A DNA stretch of 63,129 bases, counting the filler, from Nitrospiraceae bacterium (GTDB taxonomy: Bacteria > Nitrospirota > Nitrospiria > Nitrospirales > Nitrospiraceae), in NCBI GenBank assembly GCA_037442105.1. It is 5 parts of 5 records of this genome, joined end to end, with 100 filler letters (N's around TTAATTAATTAA, not from the genome) between each part and the next. Parts side by side here need not be neighbours in the genome. Positions count along the whole stretch, not along the records: positions 1 to 15,390 come from JBBIQV010000050.1; 4 more parts are not named here. The stretch is one strand, 5' to 3'. Position 1 is the first letter of the stretch; each line of letters opens with the position of its first letter. Made by a program: the position numbers and the translations under genes. Below the pieces are notes generated by a model. That model saw only the letters and a list, made by a program, of their open reading frames with translations, made no database searches and was not told the origin of the DNA. Shown here one piece after another: positions 1 to 8,505 of this stretch.

Positions 1-1
1 C

Positions 2-1270
2 GACGATCCAGTTATTGTGCCAGACCCCTTGAAGCAACTCTTCAAGGCGGGCCTCATCGTACGGCGGATTATCCTCTGGATGTTGCGCCTGATCGCGATG
101 CTCACAGAGCCGTTTAAGTTTCTTCACATAATCTTCGGAAAGGAACCCTGGCTTACAGGCAGCCTCGGTCAAAGCTTCACGGATGGCTTTCCGGTCAGCA
201 GGATCTCTCAAGGTTTTTCTTGCATAATCAATGAGCATCTTAACTGGATTGGCACCTGAATCACGAATGCGAGCAAGAAGCACCGGGTTCCTGCGTCCAT
301 TCGGTTCGAACACTCGAGCCATGATTTCAGCCTTGACCGCTTGAAAGAACGCTGTGGGAACAACACCGGGCCTGTGATTGGAGTAGGGCGGATGCAAATA
401 AGTTTCGCCGAGTTCCAACTCCCGGCGTGTAGCCTCATGAAGCCTGGTCCAGATCGTCCCAAATTTAGCTTCAAGTCGCCGCCGTGCCGCTTGTGGGTAG
501 GTTCCATCTCTCGCTCTGGCGATCTCCTCGGACAAGCGCAGGCTGCGCTCGCTCTGTTCTTCTATTGTGCGAGCTTGACGAGAAATAGTGTCCCAAGCAA
601 TGCGCAGAATCTTGTTGAGATCCCTTTCACATTCAGTAAGGTCTTCGCCCCTTTCTTCGACGACCAGTTCAGCCCAGATTCGCGCTAGATCGAGGTACTC
701 CTCGTGACCCAACAGACCCTTATGGTATCGATCCTCCGACCACTGGACCAAGAACTTGGCACGGGAGAAATTCTTCAATTGCTTCCACAGTCGAATCATC
801 CGGCGCACGTAGTCCGAGGGTTCAAATTCGACCGTCCGATCGTGCACAGCTGAAAACAGATACTCGTAGACCGACACAGCACGAGCCGCCATATCCAGAT
901 CATCAGACCTTCCGTAATACCAGTCCGCCATACCTTCTATGATCGGATATTCGTGATACGTCAGGCGAGAGTCCGCCGAATTCAGATAGCGCTCCCATGT
1001 GACTTGAGTCTCAGCGGGAACTGGTGGGACCGGTTCTTTCGTGAATTTCAACGCTTCCATTAACCAGTCGGCATCATCGAGAAAGTCACTACAGCACTCC
1101 AGGTCAAACTTCTGCGCTATTCCACCGAGGATGTCCTCTTCTGACACATTCATCGGATCGTCCTGAAGCCTGGCTCGAAGACGCCGAAGCTCAGCTTGCT
1201 CTTCTTCTCGTCTACTTGAGGGTTCATCATCGGGTAGATGAATAGACGAAAGAATGTCGGATAAGCTCAC
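2..1270 (-). CDS. Hypothetical protein with C-terminal HEPN-like domain (3' end runs off the window; absent from ORF track)
   Basis: Manual translation: GTG at 1270 after a GGAGGG RBS, open for 423 codons to the window edge (MSLSDILSSIHLPDD...). C-terminal region FGTIWTRLHEATRRELELGE...FFQAVKAEIMARVF...LCEHRDQAQHP carries an Rx4H motif. Confidence 0.7.
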   Translation of the reverse strand, partial: MSLSDILSSIHLPDDEPSSRREEEQAELRRLRARLQDDPMNVSEEDILGGIAQKFDLECCSDFLDDADWLMEALKFTKEPVPPVPAETQVTWERYLNSADSRLTYHEYPIIEGMADWYYGRSDDLDMAARAVSVYEYLFSAVHDRTVEFEPSDYVRRMIRLWKQLKNFSRAKFLVQWSEDRYHKGLLGHEEYLDLARIWAELVVEERGEDLTECERDLNKILRIAWDTISRQARTIEEQSERSLRLSEEIARARDGTYPQAARRRLEAKFGTIWTRLHEATRRELELGETYLHPPYSNHRPGVVPTAFFQAVKAEIMARVFEPNGRRNPVLLARIRDSGANPVKMLIDYARKTLRDPADRKAIREALTEAACKPGFLSEDYVKKLKRLCEHRDQAQHPEDNPPYDEARLEELLQGVWHNNWIV

Positions 1271-1355
1271 TGCGCCCTCCGTTGTTACAGTTCGTCGCTG
1301 ATCCACCTGGGACCAGCCGAGAGCCTACTTCTGCTACACAATTGAGGAAAAGCCG

Positions 1356-1449
1356 GGGGTCATTGCTTGACTTGGCACTGATGCATCAATCGTCTGTGCT
1401 GGGGAAGTGATGCTGAAGAGACTGCTGTGCCAAATCAAGCAATGACCCC
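1356..1449. mobile_element. 94-bp MITE-like element with 23-bp terminal inverted repeats
   Basis: GGGGTCATTGCTTGACTTGGCAC (1356-1378) and GTGCCAAATCAAGCAATGACCCC (1427-1449) are 22/23 complementary. The left arm matches the transposase end at 55783-55805 at 20/23. Confidence 0.75.
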
Positions 1450-1483
1450 GGATGGCCGAGACATGCTGGGCCGTGCTCTTCTG

Positions 1484-2008
1484 TTAGCCGCAGATTATTT
1501 TGGCGCCCCCTTCACGTAACGACGCTAAGAGTTCCGGCGGGCTCACGATGGTGATCCCGAGGAGTTTCTTGATTAAATTTCTCTTGCTGAGCAGTTCTCC
1601 GTCTCTGGTCAGAAAGATGTCGCGGCCGTTTCGTTGGTGGGCGACCAGGTGGCAGACGTCCTGCCGCTTGCTCTCATAGCTGAATCCAAGCACGGTAGCG
1701 TTGGGCCAGACCTTCTCCACATATGCATCTATTTCGCCGTCATTTAGAGGACGGAGACCGGGTCCTCCTGGCATATAGTCTCGCTGCGTCCCTGCGTTGG
1801 GGTCTTCATGCAGAATCCCTTCCATTCTTAATCTGGTAATCAGGCGCATGACGTCATCGTCCTGCACTTCGAAATCTGTGGTGGCCGTGTAACACACTGC
1901 AATCTCACTCCCCCTGGCGAGATCGAGGACCTTCCAGAAATCAGAGCAACCCTCTCGGTCATGGGCTGCGTCATAAAACAGGTTGGTGTCAAGGGTCACA
2001 GTGACCAT
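1484..2008 (-). CDS. PIN-domain protein
   Basis: N-terminal VTLDTNLF and C-terminal D..HL..H....DIFLTRD...I.IVSP pattern typical of PIN folds; likely start at ATG 2008. Confidence 0.7.
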   Translation of the reverse strand: MVTVTLDTNLFYDAAHDREGCSDFWKVLDLARGSEIAVCYTATTDFEVQDDDVMRLITRLRMEGILHEDPNAGTQRDYMPGGPGLRPLNDGEIDAYVEKVWPNATVLGFSYESKRQDVCHLVAHQRNGRDIFLTRDGELLSKRNLIKKLLGITIVSPPELLASLREGGAKIICG

Positions 2009-2013
2009 GGCCG

Positions 2014-3279
2014 CTACTCGGTCTCCTTGCCCAGAACAACTCTGCATGTCGCAGATCTTGCCGCACTGGGCCGCGCACCTGCCGCGCCCACTCTTGCCTG
2101 GATCTTCTCCAACTTCTCGGCTACCTTAGCAGGCAACCGGAATTCGACATGAAAGATCGCTTCATCAGAGAGAACTGCAACGTATTCCGCGTCCTTCTTC
2201 GAGTAGGCATACTCGATACCGTTGTACTCGCGCTTTGCTGGAAACAAGCGCCTGCTCCTATCGTTCAACCAATCGTTGCTCCACATGCAAGTTCCGATCT
2301 TCCCATCCGCATAGAGAAGCTCTAGTACCAGGTCGAGATATCCGGTTTCATCTCGGAAGTAGCGGTCCAAGTTGGGGTCTTTAGATAGGTTAAGGAGGAT
2401 TCCCTCTGCATCGTCACGGAGCTCCGAGCCGACCAGCCAACGTTTGATGGGACGAACAACATCTTCTGCGGTACCACCATAGCGCCGCGCCGCTTCGACA
2501 AGAGTGGGCAGGAGAGTTTTGGTAATTTTCAGGGTGAGTGGAACAGTAAGAATTAGATCTTTGGGCGAGTCTGACACTGGATGCGCGGCCATCTTCCCGA
2601 TCTCTATGACAAATCCGCTATCCCTGATTGTATTGATAAGATTGTCGATTTCCGCCTTTTCGTCGGTCGCCGCGCGGACCAGTGCTTCCCCTGAGATCAG
2701 ACTCGCGAAGAAAGCCGCCTCTGACTTTCGGGCCGCATTGAAAGCCTTTTCACGTTCCAAAATTTGAAGAAGTGCAGCCTCGCGATCTGGACCAGTTGGG
2801 GTCCTGGCGATAAGCCGCTTGAGGCTCTCAATTTCATTGCTGAGTCGGGTGAATTCTCCCTTCAGACTCTTGTACTCCTCTGCGACGTTCTTGCCTTTGA
2901 TGCGCTGAGCCAGCTCTTCCATCTTGTCGGTAGTCACAGTGGCCCTAATCTTTACGTAGAAACGAAGACCATCGCCCACCAGCGCGCGGGTTTTCTCCAG
3001 TACCTCAGCTTGAAGAACTCCGCCCGCAATGACTTGTATCTCCTCAATGGTTAAATCGAGGTTATGGATTTTTGTATAACTCTCGACATAGGTGCCCGCC
3101 TGTTCCAGCGCCATCTGTTTGGCTTTCTGCAGAGCCATAGCCTCAGCGAAGGACGGCGTTTCGCCGTCGCCCATCGTGTAGGTGGCTTCGGCGGTCAGGA
3201 TTTTGGTTTCAGCGTGAGCGAGAAGAGGAGCAACGAGTAGGAATAGAGAGGCCAGGATCGACAGGAAGGATCGTTGCAT
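2014..3279 (-). CDS. Secreted hypothetical protein with coiled-coil segment
   Basis: 421-aa ORF, signal peptide ending AHA-E, N-domain TAEATYTMGDGET...ALQKAKQMALEQAGTYVES. Confidence 0.75.
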   Translation of the reverse strand: MQRSFLSILASLFLLVAPLLAHAETKILTAEATYTMGDGETPSFAEAMALQKAKQMALEQAGTYVESYTKIHNLDLTIEEIQVIAGGVLQAEVLEKTRALVGDGLRFYVKIRATVTTDKMEELAQRIKGKNVAEEYKSLKGEFTRLSNEIESLKRLIARTPTGPDREAALLQILEREKAFNAARKSEAAFFASLISGEALVRAATDEKAEIDNLINTIRDSGFVIEIGKMAAHPVSDSPKDLILTVPLTLKITKTLLPTLVEAARRYGGTAEDVVRPIKRWLVGSELRDDAEGILLNLSKDPNLDRYFRDETGYLDLVLELLYADGKIGTCMWSNDWLNDRSRRLFPAKREYNGIEYAYSKKDAEYVAVLSDEAIFHVEFRLPAKVAEKLEKIQARVGAAGARPSAARSATCRVVLGKETE

Positions 3280-3603
3280 AGTTCTCGAATGCTACGCCTC
3301 ACAAAATTTCGGGTCAAGCTGTGCGACCGGTGGGATCTTTTTTTTCGCCGGTGCAAGACCATAGTTGTTGCGGCGAGTACGTTTTTCGAAGGCTGCTCAA
3401 AACGGCAGTCCGACAAGTCGGAAGGGGGACAGTCGCCGGTCGGAAGGGCGACAGTCCCTAGGACTCCCGGGCATCAGCGTCGTGCTGACGGCTGAATGCT
3501 GATCGCTGAAAGCTTGCTATGGCCCGTTACGAACACATGCCGATCTATAAAGGTAGGGGGGTCAAGTCTTGCAATCCCACATTCATTCCTACTCTCGTGC
3601 CTG

Positions 3604-3760
3604 TTAGGTCCACGCACTCGCCCGTGCTCGCTTCGCCAAGTTAATCAATACTCCTTCTCTCAACCCCAAGTCGCTGACCAGCACATCGGCCATCCCCAAG
3701 GTCTCCATCACTGTCCTGATGATGATCGCGCCGGCGGCGATGACTTCTTCTCGGGCTCTT
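3604..3760 (-). pseudogene. 3' fragment of a Ppx/GppA-family phosphatase gene
   Basis: Translates to AREEVIAAGAIIIRTVMETLGMADVLVSDLGLREGVLI, the C-terminal Ppx/GppA signature (GLREG); no 5' part present. Confidence 0.7.
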
Positions 3761-3764
3761 GCTT

Positions 3765-3845
3765 TCAAGAATCGAGCAGCGTCCGAAATTCTTCGAGCGT
3801 CAGCCCCGCTTGGCGAAGCATTTCGTGAAACAGCCGGGACCGATA
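3765..3845 (-). pseudogene. 3' fragment of a HicA-like toxin gene
   Basis: Translates to ...LFHEMLRQAGLTLEEFRTLLDS*, resembling the HicA C-terminal helix (ILRQAGLSxEEF). Confidence 0.5.
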
Positions 3846-4694
3846 CTGGGGTCAGACATGAGTATTGACTTATGAGCAACGGGAATCTGTACCGGCAGCA
3901 CGCTGCTGGATGTCATGGAAATGATGCCACCTATGAAAAAGGCCAGTCAATGGGCGAGGAGCACTTGCGGACTACGACGTGACTCAGCGATTTCTGTAAA
4001 TGCTACCCGGACGCTTTGTGGAAAGAGATACCGGTCGTGTAAGAAATAGGGACATGTAAGAAATAGGGACAGGCTGCTTTTCTGATCGATCCATTCCCGC
4101 CCGCTGCCCGTGGCGTCCGAACTCACATCTTTTCGCTCGCATTTGGCGACGGCAAACAAAAGAGCCGTGATCCATTTCCTGTGCGCGCATGAAAAATGGG
4201 GTCAGTTCTTGACTTTGCACTTGGCGAAGACACGCAGCAGGGGAAATGGGGTCTTGCCATCACACATGACGTAGTTTCCCGGCGCGAACGGAAACTTAAG
4301 GGGTCGGGAATCTTTTCCGACCGGCCCGTTTCCCTGCGCGCGGCGACGCTTCTCTCTTAGCCCGTTCGGTCTACGTCTAACGATTCGCGGTCACGGCGAG
4401 GCGGAACCCTAATGCGTGGAGGAGCACATCGAGGCTCCTGAATTCAGGATTGCCGAAGATGATATTAGGGTCAGAGACCAATTTCACCGGGACCAGGGAA
4501 AATGTACCGGGAGTCTTTTCTTGGCAAGTGACCTACAGAGACCGCTGGCATGCTGACGTGCGACCTTGCCGGAGGAACGGGGATCCGCCGAGGCGTGGCC
4601 GAGGAGATAGAAGCTGGACAAGATGGGTTCCGGCCTGTGTATGGACTTCTATTGTGTGAGCCAGTAGACTTGCCTCCACGGGACGCTATCGGAG

Positions 4695-4919
4695 GTGCTT
4701 GTGGAAACCCAATATCTCAGCCGTGATCCGAAGATCATGAGCGGCGCCCTGTGTTTCAAGGGAACACGCGTGCTGGTTCAGACCTTGTTCGATTACCTGG
4801 AAGGCAGTTCCTCTCTTGAGGGTTTTCTTGAGGATTGTCCTTCGGTCTCTCGTGAAGCAGCCATCGCTGTGCTCGAAGTGGCGAAGGAGCGTCTCTTCGC
4901 TCTTGCGCCTGCTGCGTGA
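4695..4919 (+). CDS. DUF433 antitoxin-like protein
   Basis: DPKIMSGALCFKGTRVLVQTLFDYL.G..LE.FLED.PSVSRE pattern. Confidence 0.85.
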   Translation: MLVETQYLSRDPKIMSGALCFKGTRVLVQTLFDYLEGSSSLEGFLEDCPSVSREAAIAVLEVAKERLFALAPAA

Positions 4920-5000
4920 CGAATCGGTTCCCCGCCGTCTCCGTCAGTCGCTTCCCGCACATACCATAAAACCGCTGTCGAGATGGGGTGGAGCGGAGGG
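4903..5000 (+). pseudogene. Frameshifted, truncated DUF5615 (PIN-like) toxin
   Basis: MRLLRDESVPRRLRQSLPAHTIK, then frameshift to ..AVEMGWSG; overlaps the DUF433 stop as in DUF433-DUF5615 pairs; remainder missing. Confidence 0.6.
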
Positions 5001-5008
5001 GGAATGGC

Positions 5009-5206
5009 ATGCGCTCCATGATCGACATCAATGGTGCTCTCTTGCGGAGGGCATTGAAGGCGAGCGGTCTTGCGAATAAGAGTGCGGTGATTGAGGAAGG
5101 GCTGCGGTTGCTTCTCAAAGTTAAGGGGCAGGTAGGGATTCGTCGATTACGAGGAAGGATGAGGTTTGAAGGTAATGCGCGCGGATCGAGAGAGGACGAA
5201 AAGTAG
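5009..5206 (+). CDS. VapB-family (DUF2191-like) antitoxin, no cognate toxin downstream
   Basis: MRSMIDINGALLRRALKASGLANKSAVIEEGLRLL...IRRLRGRMRFEG. Confidence 0.65.
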   Translation: MRSMIDINGALLRRALKASGLANKSAVIEEGLRLLLKVKGQVGIRRLRGRMRFEGNARGSREDEK

Positions 5207-5208
5207 CG

Positions 5209-5646
5209 ATGGCGCCTGAAAGGTATCCCCGCAGCCCCAAAGTGCTCCTTGGTGGCATCGCCCACCTGGGGCGGTTTATCGACAAGATTCGGCTGCGGAA
5301 CGCAGGCCAGATTCAGGACTACAACTACATCACGGTGGGGTTCGATAAGTATCTCATCGACTTTCTCCAGATCGATCCGAAGGCCTTCGAGCAGCGGGTG
5401 CTGGCCGGCGGGTCGGACGAAGAATTACTTGCCTGGGTGCGCGCGCATGGCTGCAAGTCCTCAGAACAAGAAATCACGCAATGGAGCCAGGCCTTACTTG
5501 GACGTGGCCCGAACGACGATGCGGCACGCCAGCGGTTCCAAGGACGACTAAAAGAGATTGCCGCGAAACGCGGCGTGCCGGTCGGCGCTCTTCCGCTTGT
5601 CTCAACGTGGGCGGATGTCATCGAACTCGACGAAGGGCGCATGTAA
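5209..5646 (+). CDS. DUF5069 domain protein
   Basis: YPRSP...LGGIAHLGRFIDKIR...DY N-terminal motif. Confidence 0.75.
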   Translation: MAPERYPRSPKVLLGGIAHLGRFIDKIRLRNAGQIQDYNYITVGFDKYLIDFLQIDPKAFEQRVLAGGSDEELLAWVRAHGCKSSEQEITQWSQALLGRGPNDDAARQRFQGRLKEIAAKRGVPVGALPLVSTWADVIELDEGRM

Positions 5647-5711
5647 CAGCCTGGCCCTGTCTCTTCGTGTACAATGTCGCTCTCGCCTTGCGATCGTTGT
5701 AAAGGGGAACG

Positions 5712-6467
5712 ATGGCACGTCCGCTCATCGGCACGTCCGGCTGGACCTACCCAAGTTGGAAAGGCACCTTCTATCCGGAAGACCTGCCGAGCCGGCAGTA
5801 TCTGGAATTCTACGCCCGCGAGTTTCCCACGACCGAAGTCAATTACTCCTTCTATCATCTGCCGCGCCCCAGCACCTATGAGAAATGGGCGGCACAGGTT
5901 CCCGGCGGCTTTGTCTTTGCGCTTAAGGGTAGTCGCTTTATCACGCACATCAAACGACTCGTGGATGTCGAGGAGCCTTGGCACACGTTTTTCGAGAATG
6001 CGCGCCCGTTGGGTTTCCACCTCGGCCCGATTCTCTTCCAGTTCCCGCCGTCATTTCGTGCCGACCGAAAGAGGCTGGCAGCCTTTCTCAGAGGCGCACA
6101 GCAGCGGGATCCGAAATCTCATCCTCTAAGGCTGGTTTTCGAGTTTCGACATGACTCCTGGTTTACCGAGGAGATCTATGCTCTCCTCCGGCAGTACCAT
6201 GCGGCTCTCTGCATTGCCGATTCGCCACGGTACCCGCGCGAGGATGTGATCACGGCGGATTTCACCTATCTCCGATTTCATGGCCGCACCCAGTTGTTCG
6301 CCTCGAAATACTCGGACGCTGAGTTGGCCGAAGAGGCGAAGAAGATCAAGCGGTATCTGCGCGAGGGGCTCGATGTGTTTGCCTACTTCAACAACGATGC
6401 CGAAGGGCATGCGGTGGAGAACGCCCGCACCTTGAGAACATTGGTCGAAGGGCGGAAGAAAACGTGA
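5712..6467 (+). CDS. DUF72 (YecE-like) protein
   Basis: IGTSGWTY..W.G.FYP, EVNYSFY, EFRHDSW, YLRFHG, YFNND motifs. Confidence 0.9.
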   Translation: MARPLIGTSGWTYPSWKGTFYPEDLPSRQYLEFYAREFPTTEVNYSFYHLPRPSTYEKWAAQVPGGFVFALKGSRFITHIKRLVDVEEPWHTFFENARPLGFHLGPILFQFPPSFRADRKRLAAFLRGAQQRDPKSHPLRLVFEFRHDSWFTEEIYALLRQYHAALCIADSPRYPREDVITADFTYLRFHGRTQLFASKYSDAELAEEAKKIKRYLREGLDVFAYFNNDAEGHAVENARTLRTLVEGRKKT

Positions 6468-7600
6468 AACGGACCGGAGTCCGGCCGGCCATCATGCTCG
6501 CCCTGCTCGTCGGGCTTCCGCTCGCCGGCGTCGGCCTGGCCGGCAAGCCGTTAGAACTCTACCTCGAATTTCCTCCCCGAACTCGGTACGTCGACCATGA
6601 ACCGTTTTCCTGGCCGGTGTTCATAAGCCTTGCGATCTTCATCATGGGCTTTGTGAGTCCGTTCATGATCCGTGTCTGTTTCTCTCGTCCTCTGTCTCAT
6701 GCCGTCAGCCATCAGCCCGATCTTCCCCCCATACCTTTTACCCCTCACCCCTCACCGCTCACCCCTCACGTCTTCCTCCCTTGGTGGGGTTGGGCTGGGG
6801 TTGGGTGGACTGCTGTCGCCTGGGTGCTGGCTTGGACACGATTCCCCTGGTTCGAGTTGCTGCAACCGTATACGTTCACACCCGTGTGGGTCGGCTACAT
6901 CCTCGTCGTGCAGGCCTGGACCTTCGCTCGCACAGGGCGATGTCTGATGCTGGACGAGCCGCGGCATTTTCTGATGCTGTTCCCCCTCAGCTCGGTCTTC
7001 TGGTGGTTCTTCGAGTATCTGAACCGCTTTGTCCAGAACTGGTCTTACGCCGGGGTCGGCGAGTTCACCCCGATCGAGTATCTCTTCCATGCAACGATCT
7101 CGTTTTCCACCGTGCTGCCGGCCGTGCTCGGCACGAAGGAGCTGCTGGCGTCGTTCGCACGACTCGACTTCAGACTGACGCGATGGCACGCGTGGGAGAT
7201 GACGAATCCGAAGCTCGCGGGGTGGGGATTGCTCCTGATCTCGGGGTGTGGACTCGCGGGGATCGGGATCTGGCCGAACTATCTGTTCCCCTTGGTCTGG
7301 ATTGCGCCGTTGTTGGTGATCACGGCGATCCAAATGATTGCGGGAGACGAGACGATCTTCGCACCTATCACCCGCGGTGACTGGCGACCGATCTGGCAAG
7401 CAGCCCTGGCCGCTCTTCTCTGCGGCTTCTTCTGGGAATTGTGGAACTCCAAGAGCCTGGCCCATTGGGAATATGCCGTGCCGTTCGTGCAACGGTTTCA
7501 TCTGTTTGAGATGCCGCTGCTCGGCTATGCGGGCTATCTGCCGTTCGGGTTGGAATGTGTTGCGGTGGCCGGTCTCCTTGGCGGGAGGAAGGTCCATTAA
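6464..7600 (+). CDS. Multi-pass membrane protein
   Basis: Many TM segments; FWWFFEYLN, GFFWELWN, FEMPLLGYAGYLPF motifs; start overlaps the upstream stop. Confidence 0.75.
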   Translation: MKRTGVRPAIMLALLVGLPLAGVGLAGKPLELYLEFPPRTRYVDHEPFSWPVFISLAIFIMGFVSPFMIRVCFSRPLSHAVSHQPDLPPIPFTPHPSPLTPHVFLPWWGWAGVGWTAVAWVLAWTRFPWFELLQPYTFTPVWVGYILVVQAWTFARTGRCLMLDEPRHFLMLFPLSSVFWWFFEYLNRFVQNWSYAGVGEFTPIEYLFHATISFSTVLPAVLGTKELLASFARLDFRLTRWHAWEMTNPKLAGWGLLLISGCGLAGIGIWPNYLFPLVWIAPLLVITAIQMIAGDETIFAPITRGDWRPIWQAALAALLCGFFWELWNSKSLAHWEYAVPFVQRFHLFEMPLLGYAGYLPFGLECVAVAGLLGGRKVH

Positions 7601-7607
7601 AGCCGGT

Positions 7608-8501
7608 TCAGCGCGTGCCGAGAGACTTCGCGCAACGGAAGCCGATGGTGGCGGCACGCTGATCGGAAGCTGAGCCCCCGCGTGTGGCAGCCCGCAGCAT
7701 GTTCGGCTTGCTTTTCCACGAGCCGCCTCGCACGCTTTTATAGCGGCCTGATAGTGGACCAGGCGGGTTGCGCTCCGGCAGGTACGCATAGTAGTCGAAG
7801 CCGAACCAGTCTTGCACCCATTCGGCGACGTTGCCCGCCATGTGGTGGAGGCCGTAAGGACTCTTTCCTTCATCGAGGGCGTCGACCGCGGCAAGGATGG
7901 GAATCTCGTGGACATGGTGTTGGCCGAACATTGCGAGCTTTCCGTCAGGTGCGGCCTGGCCCCAAGGAAACAAATTGCCTTCCGGACCACGAGCCGCCTT
8001 TTCCCACTCCGCTTCCGTCGGGAGCCGTTTCCCCTTCACTTTGCAGAAGTCGTCTGCCTCCGACCAGGTGACATAGAGAGCCGGCCAGCGAGTCAAGGTC
8101 TGGTCCGAGACCGAGTGCACGGTGATGACGTGCCAGATCAGCTTCTGTAGCTCATCGGGGGGATGGAGCTTGCGTTGCTGGAGATAGGCCAGATACTCGC
8201 CGAGGCTGGTTTCGTCCCGATCCATCTCGTAGGCATCAAGCCAGACCTTTTGCTGCGGCAGTTCGGTGTCGTCGTATTGAGTCCGCAGTCCGTAGGGGTC
8301 GTCGTCGATGCGGATGCTGCCCATGAGAAACGAGCCCTCCGGGATCGTCACGGTCGGCGAGGATTGCGCGAGCGCGGCAACAGAAGCCAGGTGGCGGGCA
8401 AGTTCAGGCGAAGGCTTGGAGCCGGCGAGCGAACCGGCCGGACCTGAGAAGAACACGACGAGAAGCGCCGCAAGGCCGACGCCGGAGATCTTGTTCAGCA
8501 T
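7608..8501 (-). CDS. Formylglycine-generating enzyme (SUMF1/FGE-sulfatase) family protein, exported
   Basis: RLPTEAEWEKAARG, MAGNVAEW, RGGSW, IGFRCA; signal peptide. Confidence 0.9.
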   Translation of the reverse strand: MLNKISGVGLAALLVVFFSGPAGSLAGSKPSPELARHLASVAALAQSSPTVTIPEGSFLMGSIRIDDDPYGLRTQYDDTELPQQKVWLDAYEMDRDETSLGEYLAYLQQRKLHPPDELQKLIWHVITVHSVSDQTLTRWPALYVTWSEADDFCKVKGKRLPTEAEWEKAARGPEGNLFPWGQAAPDGKLAMFGQHHVHEIPILAAVDALDEGKSPYGLHHMAGNVAEWVQDWFGFDYYAYLPERNPPGPLSGRYKSVRGGSWKSKPNMLRAATRGGSASDQRAATIGFRCAKSLGTR

Positions 8502-8505
8502 CGCG

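Larger units (their letters stand above)
3421..4525 (+). repeat. Cluster of co-oriented GGGGTC/GGGAC-type element ends
   Basis: GGGGTC at 3558, 3848, 4198, 4248, 4300; AGGGTCAG at 4467; GGGGGACAGTC at 3424; 17-bp tandem duplicate TGTAAGAAATAGGGACA at 4038-4071. Confidence 0.65.

Noticed and set aside
3421..4525. Possible CRISPR array or classical integron attC array
   Set aside because: Repeats are divergent and irregularly spaced; no cas genes or integron integrase in the window and no clear attC structure.
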